The position numbers and the translations under genes are program-made. Below the pieces are notes generated by a model. It saw only the letters and a program-made list of their open reading frames with translations, was not told the DNA's origin and made no database searches. A stretch of 64,000 nt of DNA from Heteronotia binoei (lineage: Eukaryota), in contig NC_083243.1 of NCBI RefSeq assembly GCF_032191835.1, positions 32,364,001 through 32,428,000 on the forward strand, given 5' to 3'. Positions 36,638-47,207 of the stretch are shown in pieces. Within the stretch, counting starts at the first letter, position 1. Every line of letters begins with the position of its first letter.

Positions 36638-36992
36638 AAGGACCCAGATTCGCAGCTTGCCACGCTCCTGGCCTGCCTCCACCCCCCCCCCTTCTCTGAT
36701 TTTACCTCAGAGTCGGAGCAGGCGATGGCGCTGCGCTGCTGCCGCCTCTTCTCAGCTTCATCTTAGCTGCTCCTCCGAGATGGGCTTAGCCTGAGCCCAT
36801 CTTGGAGGAGCAGCTACGGTGAGCGGAGAAGTGGTGGCAGCCGCGCAGCGGCACCACCCGCTCCGAGATGGGGCGGCTCGCCGCGCTCCTTGGTGCTGTT
36901 TCCCCCTCCCCCCGCTTCTGTTTTTTGGGGAGCGGGGGAAGAGGCTGGAAATCCTGGGGTCCCCCGCCAGGGCGGGAGGGTTGGGAAGCCTA
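36638..36992 (+). mobile_element. Right half of the long hAT family with GC-rich interior
   Basis: Ends GGGAGGGTTGGGAAGCCTA; interior is homologous to about 600-710. Confidence 0.75.
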
Positions 36993-37266
36993 TGCACACC
37001 ATTTCCTCCAATCATACTGCTGGCTTGAAAAGACTCCAAATCTTGCTTCGAGCATGGTGGCAATGAAGGATTGCACCTGTATTACTCTGCCATATCAGCC
37101 CATTTGGACTCTGGAGTAAGCTCTGACTGAAAAAAAAAAACCTTCAGTGTAATGAAATTAATTACAATAATTATTGCCTAAAAGCAAGCCAGACTGTATA
37201 TTAAAACATTCTGTATGAAGTAAACAAATAAATGGACTCAGAATAAGTACAGCTTCACATGCCTCC

Positions 37267-37953
37267 TGTCAATGGGAAGACCGCTAGCTAGGTGAATTAT
37301 CCAGAACTTCCCTGGCCCAGTCCTGACTAGGGAGGTAGACTCCTCAGAGGAAGAAGAAGGAACCTCCTCAGAGGAAGAAGAAGGAACCTCCTCAGAGGAA
37401 GAAGAAGGAACAGCTGTGGAACCTCCACAAAACACAAAGCTGTCTGCCCATCAGAACCTCCAGGGAAGATGCTCTGCCTTCTTGACTACAGCAGACTCCC
37501 TGTTCGATAGCCAGTGGAACAAGCAGAGCAGGAATTTCCTGAGTGGTCTCATCCATTTCTAGTATCCCAGAGTCCCTCTCAGGACCTCAGGAATAAAGAA
37601 GGAAGAGAGCCAGAGCTGAAGTCTGGCCCATGCGAAGAAGTGCATACCTAGCAGCTTGAAGCGACCCGAAAAACAGGTGGACAGCACTAATTTCTAGATA
37701 TCTGCAGAATCTAGTTCTGGTTACTAGAAAGAATGGTGTCTTCCATAATGAGCTTACGCCTGTTCAACATCTCTCCAAACCTGCTGTGCTACTTCAGCTC
37801 AGCTGGATCTTGACTGTACCAGAGACCCCTTGATTTCCCCCTTGGTTATCTGAGTAAAGATCAAGACAATCTTTCTTGGTAAAGAGTTAAAGTGAAGACC
37901 CTGGGCCTAGTTGGTTCCAAACCTACTTCTGAAAATGATGTGTGTGGATCAGA
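37267..37953 (+). mobile_element. Possible LTR-type remnant containing a 24-bp x3 tandem repeat (37340-37411)
   Basis: TGTCA start, ctcctcagaggaagaagaaggaac x3, AGTAAA-type signal near the end. No TSD found. Confidence 0.35.
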
Positions 37954-39557
37954 GCTAGGGTTGACAACCTCCAGGTGAGACCTGGAGATCTCCCAGAATT
38001 GCAGCTGATCTCAAGATGATAGAAACCATTTCTCCTGAAGAAAATGGCTGCATTGGAGGCTATACTCTATAGCATTATATCCTGCTGAACTCCCTCCTTG
38101 CCCTAGAATCCCCCTTCAAAATCACCAGGAATTCTCCTAAGCAGGAGTTGGTAACCCTAAGTGGAGCTTTGTCTAAAAATCTTATGTGAGAAGATGCACT
38201 TTTGGGGGTATGGCAGACCCAAATTGGTTATGGTCAACAGAAGCATGAATAATTATCACAGGCAACTCTTTTGAATTATCTAATGTTGAATAAACTCAGT
38301 GACAGAAATCAGTGTGGTAACTCCATGAGTGGGATTTCCAAATGGCCAGTTTACTTCATTCAATGAAAGTGTCTTTTTTCTCTTCCATGCTCATACTTAT
38401 CCAGAATACCACTCCTATGAGGAGATCTCCACCATAAGACATTTGCCCATGAGAGAGCTTCACCCAAACTTACATTTCAGTCATTTAAGAACCTCAGTTT
38501 CCTAAATCATCACATCCATTGTTTTTATAATTCCCTTTCCAGTTTTTTTCCCCTCAGAGAAAAAAGGATCATACTTTCAAAAAGTCTTAAGTAAACGGCC
38601 TTTCAAAAACAAAATCTTCTCCATCTTAAATTTGAAAATAAAAACCCCTGAGTTTCAATACCTGGGAGTTATAAGTGTGACAAATCCCATCCTGCTATGA
38701 ATTCTGGTTTTTATATAAAAGGCTACTTAGGGACAAGATAGTTTTAGATCTAAGGAACATGTAAAAATGACTCACTGTTAATAGGGTGAGCTCTTTGCAT
38801 TTGGCTTAGGGTTAACTGACAGTAACCAGTCACCTTTTATTCTTGCGGATTCCACCGGAGGAATGCTTTGTGCCAGCCTGAAAAAGACCGAATTAGGTGT
38901 TCCATTTATACTATTGATCTTAATAACCTCCTCTCATAAATACCTACTTTATGACATCAATAAAAAAGAGAATAGTGGCAACTCTGAACAATAGAAAATT
39001 GTTACTTTGTAATTGAAGTCTTTTCAATGAGCGTCTCAAAAAGCCACCGTAGTGGGTACAGTGGCGATATTTTATTACCAGCGTTTAAATATCTGCCCAG
39101 AGAGACTGCTCACTTTTTCTTTATTTTTAACAGCTTTAATTAATTGAGCACACTCCAACTTCGGGGTTCCTATGGTTATCAGAGCTTTCTCTTTTCCTTT
39201 CCATCTGTGATTTCCCCCACTTTTGCTCATCAGCATAAAAGGGACTCTTTCTCCCCTCTTTGCAGAGCCTGGACGGCGGAGAAGTAAAATGTAAATTTTA
39301 GTCAAAGTCGAATTGAGGCAAACTGAAGCAGGAGGCTTTCAGTGAAAATTCCCCTTTTTATATGGCAATCACTCGCTGTTGATTAACATTATCTGTAGAT
39401 TTCTTTCTAACCAGCTACTATTCTGGGGTGGTTTCCTTTAAACCCCAGTTTTATCAGTGTAGCACTACAATCCTATGCACAGCTGGAGACAGGAGGTTGT
39501 AAGAAGAGCCCTGTAAACTCTTGCAGGATTGGCTACATGGGGGGGGGGGGTGTAGCC

Positions 39558-40066
39558 TGGGGTTGCCAAGTCCAATTCAAGAACTATCTGGAGACTTTGG
39601 AGGTGGAGCCAGGAGACATTAGGGGTGGAGCCAAGATCAAGGCTGTGAGAAGCATAATTGAACTCCAAAGGGAGTTCTGGCCGTCACATTTAAAGGGACA
39701 GCACACATTTTCAATTCCTTCCTTCCATAGGAAATAATGAAGGATATGGGGCACCTTTTTGGGGGGCTCATAGAATTGGACCCCCTGGTCCAATATTTTT
39801 GAAACTTGGGGGGTATTTTGGGGAGAGGCACTAGATGCTATATTGAAAATTTGGTGCCTCTACCCCAAAACATAGCTCCCCCAGAGCCCCAGATACCCGC
39901 GGATCAATTCTTCATGATTTTCTATGGGAGTAAATCTCTATAGGGAATAACAGAGTTCCCAGCAGACATTTCCTTCCCCTCCCCCCGCTTTCTGATGACC
40001 CTGAAGTGGGGGGAGGGCCTCCAAACTGGGGGATCCCCTGCCCCCGCCTGGGGATTGGCAACCCTA
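39558..40066 (+). mobile_element. 509-bp non-autonomous hAT element inserted in a palindromic MITE
   Basis: Perfect TSD GTGTAGCC (39550-39557 and 40067-40074). Halves of the host MITE lie at about 39500-39557 and 40067-40110. Confidence 0.95.
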
Positions 40067-40647
40067 GTGTAGCCTAATATGCAAAGGAGTTCCTTCTCCA
40101 AAAAAGGCCCTACCTAGTAGGGTTACCAACTCCAGATTGGAAATTCCTGAAGATATAGGAGTGGAGCCTGGGGCAGGGTTTGTGGAAGAAAAGGACCTAA
40201 TACCATAGACTCTGTTTTCCAAAGCAACCATTTTCTCCAAGGGAACTGGTATCTGCAGTCTGGAGTCCCTACACCCTAGGTAATTGCCTAGGTGTATCTT
40301 AGGGTTGCCAGCTATGGGTTGTGAAATTCCTGGAGAGTTTGGGAGTGGAATCTGAGAAAGGTGGGGTTTAAGGAGGGCAGGGACTTCAATGGGATATAAT
40401 GCTATAGAGTTCACCTTCCATAGTGGCCATTTCTCCAGGTGAACTAATCTCTGTTGCCTGGAGATCCATAGTAATAGCAAGAGTTCTCCAGCCACCACTA
40501 GAGGTGGGCAACCATAGTGTATTCAGTAGATGAGCTGGCTCTGACCTCAGTGTAAGTCTAGTTCCACATGGGTTGCCTGCTCTGGGTTGGGAAATACCTG
40601 GAGATTTGGGGTTGGAGCCTGAGGAAGGCAGGGTTTGGGGAGGGGAA

Positions 40648-41844
40648 TAGGGTTGCCAAGTCCAATTCAAGCAATATCTGGGGACTTTGGGGGTGGAGCC
40701 AGGAGACTTTGGGGGTGGAGCCAGGAACAAGGGTGTGACAAGCATAATTGAACTCCAAGGGAGTTCTGGCCCTCACATTTAAAGGGACAGCACACCTTTT
40801 TAAAATGCCTTTCTTCCATAGGAAATAATGAAGGATAAGGGCACCATCTTTTAGGGCTCATAGAATTGGACCCTATGGGAAAATGGGAAAGAGGGCAGAA
40901 GGGGGGGAGCAAAGGAGGGAGAGAGGAAACCAACGTCTCATTAAAACAACCAGGAGGCTGTCAGAACTATACCTTTCCATTAGCTGGAAACTAATGAGCT
41001 GAAGATGCTTTTTCTCCTTGAAGGGGGAGGGGGAACAGGAGCCGGCGAGACAACAGCAGGGGACCCCAGACGGCCTTTGCACGCTGCCCTTCCTCCCGGA
41101 GGACCCAAGGCGGCTTCCACGGCGCCTGGCCCTGGCCACAAGAAGCGCCCTGCGAGGGAGGCTAGGCTGGGTCCCCTCCCCCTCCCGCCTGCCTCTCGTC
41201 GGGGGACCTGGGTGACGAGGGTGGAGTGGAGGCCGGCCTCGCAGTAGTCCCAGCCGCGGGTGCAGGGCCCGGCGGTGCGGCGGTGCGGCGGTGCGGCTAG
41301 CGTTGTGCCGCCGTGGGGGGGGGGGTAGCAAAAGAGGAGGCAGGGGCTCCAGGTGCCGTTGGGCCCGTGGGGCAGGGCGGTGTCGAGGAGGTGGGTGGCG
41401 GAGGCGTTGCAGGGCAGGGCCGGGAGCAGCAGGGCCGGGTCTGGGCGGCAGCGGTGGGGCGGCGTGGCGGAGAGCAGGAGCCCCGCAGCCAGGCCCAGCG
41501 CCAGCGGCACCGCCGGCAGCCCCGAGGCCGCGGCCAGGAGCCGCCCGCGCCGGCCGAAGCCCCCTGCTGGCCCCAGCAGCTGCCAGTCGAAAACCATGCG
41601 CCGCTGCAGCCCCGAGGAGAAGGGAGCGGAGGCTGCCCGGGAGCGCCGGTTGGTGGCGGCGCGGACAGGCTACTACCTGCCGCCTCCTCCTCTCCGCTCC
41701 CGGGTCTGTTGGCTGGTGGGAAGGCCCGGCTCAGGCGCCCTGCCCAGCTCTCTCCCCCCCCCGCCCCCAGACTTGTTGAGAGCGGGGGGGGGGAGGCTGA
41801 AAATTCGGGGGGCCCCCGCCAGGGCGGGAGGGTTGGGAAGCCTA
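40648..41844 (+). mobile_element. Pack-type hAT element (1,197 bp) carrying an SLC22 first exon
   Basis: Left arm 40648-40873 matches 39558-39785. Right arm about 41754-41844 matches about 730-824. Perfect TSD GAGGGGAA (40640-40647 and 41845-41852). The host MITE is continuous across the insertion. Confidence 0.9.
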
Positions 41845-41850
41845 GAGGGG
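41030..41850. promoter_or_regulatory. CpG-island-like segment, mostly transposon cargo
   Basis: Visibly very high GC and CpG density relative to the rest of the window. Confidence 0.7.
41208..41597 (-). pseudogene. SLC22A31: Captured first coding exon of an SLC22 organic ion transporter, most like SLC22A31 (130 codons)
   Basis: MVFDWQLLGPAGGFGRR.RLLAAAS..P, HRCRPDPALL.PAL, WSPCLLF.YP, PCTRGWDY and STLVTQ fit the SLC22 N-terminus, TM1 and extracellular loop. It ends where the family's first intron normally falls (before WDLVC). I found no later exons. Confidence 0.75.
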
Positions 41851-43349
41851 AAGGACCTCAGCAGGGTACACCCGCCAAAGCGCTATTTTCTTCAAGGCAC
41901 TGACCTCCGTTTTCTGAAAATCAGCTGTAATAGTGGGAGATCTCCAGGCCCCAGTTCAGCAACCTCAGGGATGGGAATTTTTGGAGACATATCTTGGAAA
42001 GTGGTGGTGCATTTTCTTATATAATTTCAGACTGAGTTCCACTTTCAGGCAAGGGACTTCTCAGGGTCCCAGGGACAAGCTAGATGTTTGATCTGTGGCC
42101 AACTGCTGCTATTTTATGAAATAATTTGACCATTTAAAACCAGCACAAGATTTTGGTACTAGAAAAAGCATCAGGGGGAGGGAGATATGAGAAGCTTGAC
42201 TGGTCCCCCCATGTTGCGAGCCCTCGCAGGATTTTTGAATTGGTTATATTCTTTCCTAAAATGGAAGCGACATCTAATTTGGCCCTCAGTGTCTGAACAC
42301 ACATTACAAAGAGCATGCTGCTTGAAGGCAAGGACTTCAGCCTGCCTCTTGAAATGTGCCCCGCACACTTGCAAACATAGTTCTCTGAAAGAAGATGTAA
42401 GCACACAATCTGTCCACATTTGTTTGAGTACCTTCCTTAACATTATTTGGGGAAGTTACCACTTTTAGGATTTTACCTATGAACACATATTTCAAATATA
42501 TGTAGGATGGAGAATAAATACATAATACACAAAATTGGTTTTTAACTGGCATCATAGCTAATGAACCAAATTATTTACTTTCAGGCAGCAAGGCTGAAAA
42601 CTCTGATCATTTGACATTTTATGGTCTCTGGTTTCCCAGCTGGGAAAAAAAATGGTTACACTTTCAGAGTTCTGCTATAAAATGCTTTCATTTGACGGTT
42701 CTACTAAAAAAAAAATCAACAGCGTGTGCATATATGGAAAGAGCAAGTCCTTTGGGATGAAGCTTCCCTATGAAAAGATTAGCAGTCTTGGTAAGGCTAG
42801 AGGGAAACCATTTCTGCAGCAGTTCTCAGTGTCTCCAATAGAATTCCTCTAAAGCAAGCAGAGTCACAATGTCAGCATCCCTTCACCCAGGATGACATCT
42901 GGAAGAAAAGAAAACTGGAACCAAAAGCACATTATTTTGATAATTATGTAATAGCGTTACTGAGCTTAAGCCTGCCAGTTAAGAACCTAAACCTACCTTA
43001 ATGACCTTTAGTCCAAAAATGTATTTCCGCCCAGGCTTTTAACTGGGAGTGGGATTCCATCTCAACGTGGGCAGGCCCTGCTGAGGTAACACAAACTACA
43101 ACAAAAAGGACAGACCATGAGGATAGAGTCCACTTTTTCATCAGTGGAGACACACCCTGGCTTTTGTTCATACTAAACAGATGTTTCTTAGCCTCCTGGT
43201 GGGACTCAGAGTTCTCCTAGAATTACTGATCTTCGTACTACAGAAGATCAGTCCCCCTGGAGGAAATGACAGCTTCAGAGGGTGAACTTTATGGTGTCAT
43301 ATCCTCATTTAGCACCCACCTGTTCTCAAACTGCACAATCCCTTGGCAC

Positions 43350-43716
43350 TAGGGCTTTTTGTTTAGGGGATGGCGGCCGCTGCCAGATCTGGCCGGCCAG
43401 CCACCCCCTGATTGGCCAAATTTCCCATGGCGAGCCTGCATAAGTTCGTCCCCACCCCTGTGATTTCCTCCAAGGAAGTGGGAGGTGGGCAATTGTGGTG
43501 GCTGCTCAAAGGCGCCCCACCGGTTTTTGGTAGAAAAAGCCCAGCAGGAACTCATTTGCATATTAGGCCACACCCCTGATGTCACCATTGTTTTGCACAG
43601 GACTTTTTGTAGAAAAAGTCCAGCAGAAGCTCATTAGCATATTAGGCCACACCCCCGGAAACAAAGTCAGCTGGAACTGTGCTCCTGCATGTTCCTGCTA
43701 AAAAAAAAAAGCCCTG
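43350..43716 (+). mobile_element. Octamer-type hAT MITE, long variant (367 bp) with ~170 bp of extra GC-rich interior
   Basis: TAGGGCTTTTT/AAAAAGCCCTG ends; perfect TSD CTTGGCAC. Confidence 0.9.
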
Positions 43717-44204
43717 CTTGGCACCACCCTCATAGAATCATAGAGTTGGAAGGGACCTCAGGGTCATCTAGTCCAACCCCTGCACAATGCAAGAAACACA
43801 CAAATACCTCCCCCTAATGTCACCAGGAATCCCCCCAGCTCAAGATGACAACTCCAACTAAACATTGTGTGTGTTCCTTGAACATGCTGGATGCCCTGTC
43901 CTTTTGAAACAGAGGAACAGCACTAGGACATGCTTCTACATGAAGGGTAAGAAGAAACATTTTTGATACAAATGTTCCCATGCCAGGAAACTTATCTGCG
44001 GTCACACTCACCATTAAATCCATCCCTAACCCGTTGCTATTATACCCCGCAGCTTTTTTACAACGAATTTCCTGATCAGACATTCCTCCATCCTTCAGTT
44101 CTAAGCAGCGTTGGTCCCGTCGCTGGTTGATCAGAGGTCTCAACCGGCATTCCACACAAGCGCAGTACGTGGGATATTGTGCTTGGCTTTTTTTTTAAAG
44201 GTGC

Positions 44205-44600
44205 CAGAAAAGGTGGGTGATCTGCCCCCCCTCCATTTAAACACCCAGAAAGGAAGGGGAAGCCCAGGAGCTCTCTTTGCTGTCTCTCCGCCTGGCGGGG
44301 AGACAGCAAAGGTGGGTGATCTTCCTCCCCCCTCCATTTAAACACCTCAACATGGTGTTTAAAGGGGGGGGGAGCACGGCAACTCTCTTTGCTGTCTCTC
44401 CGCCTGACGGGGAGACAGCAAAGGTGGGTGATCTTCCTCCCCCCCCCCATTTAAACACCCCGCTGGGTTTTTAAATGTGGGGGGGAGCATGGCAACTCTC
44501 TTTGCTGTCTCTCTGCCTGGCGGGGAGATGGCAAAGGTGGGTCATCTTCCTCCCCTGGCAGGGAGACAGCAAAGGTGGGCCATCTGCCTCCTCCCCATTC
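44205..44600. repeat. Tandem array of ~113-bp units, each containing two hairpins
   Basis: Units start at 44271, 44383 and 44496, with partial units at both ends. Confidence 0.9.
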
Positions 44601-44601
44601 A

Positions 44602-44786
44602 GGAAAGGTCCCCTGTGCAAGCACCAGTCGTTTTCGACTCTGGGGTGATGCTGCTTTCACAAAGTTTTCATGGCAGACCTTTTATGGGGTGGTTTGCCAT
44701 TGCCTTCCCCAGTCATCTATACCCCCCCCCCCCGCAAGCTGGGTACATATTTTACCGACCACGGAAGGTTGGAAGGCTGAGTCAAC
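44602..44786 (-). mobile_element. Sauria SINE, 5'-truncated
   Basis: Tail and body match the 20862 copy. Confidence 0.8.
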
Positions 44787-45381
44787 AATTGCTGGTGCAA
44801 TTATATCATTTGGAGTGGGCTCTCACAGGGAAGCAGATGTGCGCTTGTGACGAGTCGGCTACAATGGAGCGTTCAAACATAGAAAGTACACGCGGGAGTT
44901 GTCGGAAGCATTCTTATTCCAGATTTAATGCACTATCAGAAAAGTCCGCGTCTCAGTCGTGGCAGTTTGGGACACGAACGAGCCAATGACCATTGCCAGA
45001 TGCTGATGTTTGGACAATCGCATAAAATCCGACATGCATCTGGCTTTCATCCATGCCCATCTCATCGGTTTATGTGCGTCTGACCTTGGCAAATATTTGT
45101 TTGGCTTTAATTTGGAGTACCTAGCATCATAATTTGAGGCGAATGGTAAGTGGAATATTCAGTATGGGTGGTTGTTCTCTCAGCAGAGCTAGTGTAGTCT
45201 GCACTGAATTAAAGGAACTGTCCATAATAATAGTCCTAAAGGTGACAGCACAGGGTTGGCAAACACCTGGAGATTTTGAGGGTGGAGCCTGGGGAGGGCA
45301 AGGTGTGGGGAGGGGGGACCTCATCAGTGTATAGTGCCATTGAGTCCCCCCTCCAAACCAGCCATTTTTATTGGGAAGATT

Positions 45382-45571
45382 CAGGGCTTTTTTTGAGCAG
45401 GAACGCACAGGAATGCAGTTTCGGCTGGCTTGGTGCCAGGGGGTGGGGACAAATATGCAAATGAGGTCCTGCTGAGCTTTTTATACATTGTTTCTACAAT
45501 GGTGATGTCATGGGGTGTGGTCTAACATGCAAATGAGTTCCAGCTGGGCTTTTTCTACAAAGAAAGCCCTG
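45382..45571 (-). mobile_element. Octamer-type hAT MITE inserted within a TAGGGTTGCCA MITE
   Basis: Perfect TSD GGAAGATT. Confidence 0.92.
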
Positions 45572-47015
45572 GGAAGATTGATCTTAGTTATTTGGAGATC
45601 AGCTGTAATAGAGGGGGATCCCCAGGCATCATAGAATCATAGAGTTGGAAGGGACCTCCAGGGTCATCTAGTCCATCACTTGGATGGTGACAACTCTGGT
45701 TTGGTCCAGAGGGAGGGGGGAATCCTGGTGTAAACATTCTCCTTTGCTACTAATGTCAACAAAAGTAGAGAACCGTTAACAAACAAATGATCTTGTTGTT
45801 TCTTCTCTAATTATTGATTATTTAGAACATAATAAAAGGTTCCATTTGCTTGGGAATCTGAATGGACAATTGCTCAGTTCCTTATACTTGATTCTTTCAC
45901 CCATACGGAGAAATCCTAGCCTATAAATCTTTCCCTTTATGGTCCTATAACAATGTCCTATCTGTTTAGCCCAGTACAATACCATCGCTGTGACTTTTTC
46001 CCATTGTACTACCTTCACATTGAACTAATATAATGAGATGTTACCTCAGTACCACGAAATAATAATAAAAAACCCCAACGCTTTTGACATATTCCAAAAA
46101 CATTTGAATGCCTTTGAAAATCGACCTTGTGAATAAATTAAATAATAGCCTGTGAAAATGTCCTCTAGCACTCTCCCCCAATACATGCAAACCCACAGCA
46201 AGGTTGTTTACATTTCTTTTACGGTGTCTGGGAATTACATAGTAGATCGGTGCACATGAGTGTTGTCTTTGGGTATAGTTGTCATTTGTGTTCAGTGAGT
46301 TGCGCACAAATCTGACATTATTTGCCCTTCAAGTTGTCCAATTCTCTCTCCTCTTCTTGATGACCTGCATATTAAACTTCTCTGCTGCTAGACTCTGGAT
46401 TTTGGTGGCCCCCTTCCATTTTTCAGACTCATTATACCCACTCTATTGCTCTTCCCTATCAGATACGCTCTCACCAAGCTGTGCTTGGCAATTCCTCTGA
46501 ACTAATGGATACCTTCGGAACAGAGGTTTTCAAGGATTCCATTGAAAGAGAGCACATTCGGTGTTTTTTTTTTTTAAGAAAATGGAATAAATCTGAAAAC
46601 ACAGCTGGTTTGCCTATCAAAAGTCTGCCTTTTGTTTCTAGTGAAAATTTGGGCTATGATGGGTCAAAGAGACAAGTATTCTGTTGGGAAATCTTGCTGT
46701 TCTCTCTCAAGTGTAAAAACAAACTGTTTGGAGATTCTGTTTATGGCATGGATCGAAACAACCTTCTGACGATAGTCCAGGCAAGCCCAATCTCATCAGA
46801 TCTTGGAAGCTAAGCAGGGTTGAATCTGGCAAGTACTTGCATGGGAGACCTCCTTGAAATGCCAGTAGTCAGGAGGACAGGGGCAGGCTTTATTCAGCCA
46901 CCTCTCTGAATATTTTCCAGACCTCCAGTAGGGATCAGTCACCAGAGGTTACCATGACTTCCAGGGACACAAAACAACAACAAAAATTCAAACCCCTTCC
47001 CCAACAGCCTCCTGA

Positions 47016-47207
47016 TAGGGTTGCCAGCTCTGGGTTGGGAAATACCTGGAGATTTTGGAGGTGGAGCCTGAAGGAGGCAAGGTTTGAGAAGAGGAGAGAC
47101 CTCAGCAGGGTATAGTGCTCTAGGGTTCACCCTCCAAACTCTGTTGTCTGGAGATGAGTTGTAACAGTAAGAGATCTTCAGGCCTCACCTGGTGGTTGGC
47201 AAGCCTA
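47016..47207 (+). mobile_element. Short TAGGGTTGCCA hAT MITE
   Basis: Both TIRs present; perfect TSD CCTCCTGA. Confidence 0.92.

Noticed and set aside
41208-41597. Exon 1 of an intact resident SLC22A31 gene with a very long first intron
   Set aside because: The exon is enclosed by hAT arms with a perfect TSD that split a continuous host MITE. The donor is poor and I found no further SLC22 exons downstream. This is disfavoured but not formally excluded without the rest of the genome.
41291-42024. Long plus-strand ORFs (162, 196 and 223 aa) over the CpG island
   Set aside because: These are stop-poor GC-rich antisense frames of the SLC22 exon running into MITE sequence, with no recognisable domain.
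44012-44100. Minus-strand exon ending at a strong GTGAGT donor
   Set aside because: The acceptor lacks a pyrimidine tract, the length is 89 nt, and there is no homology.
44205-44600. CRISPR array
   Set aside because: Vertebrate DNA, units of about 113 bp, spacers related to each other, and no cas genes.
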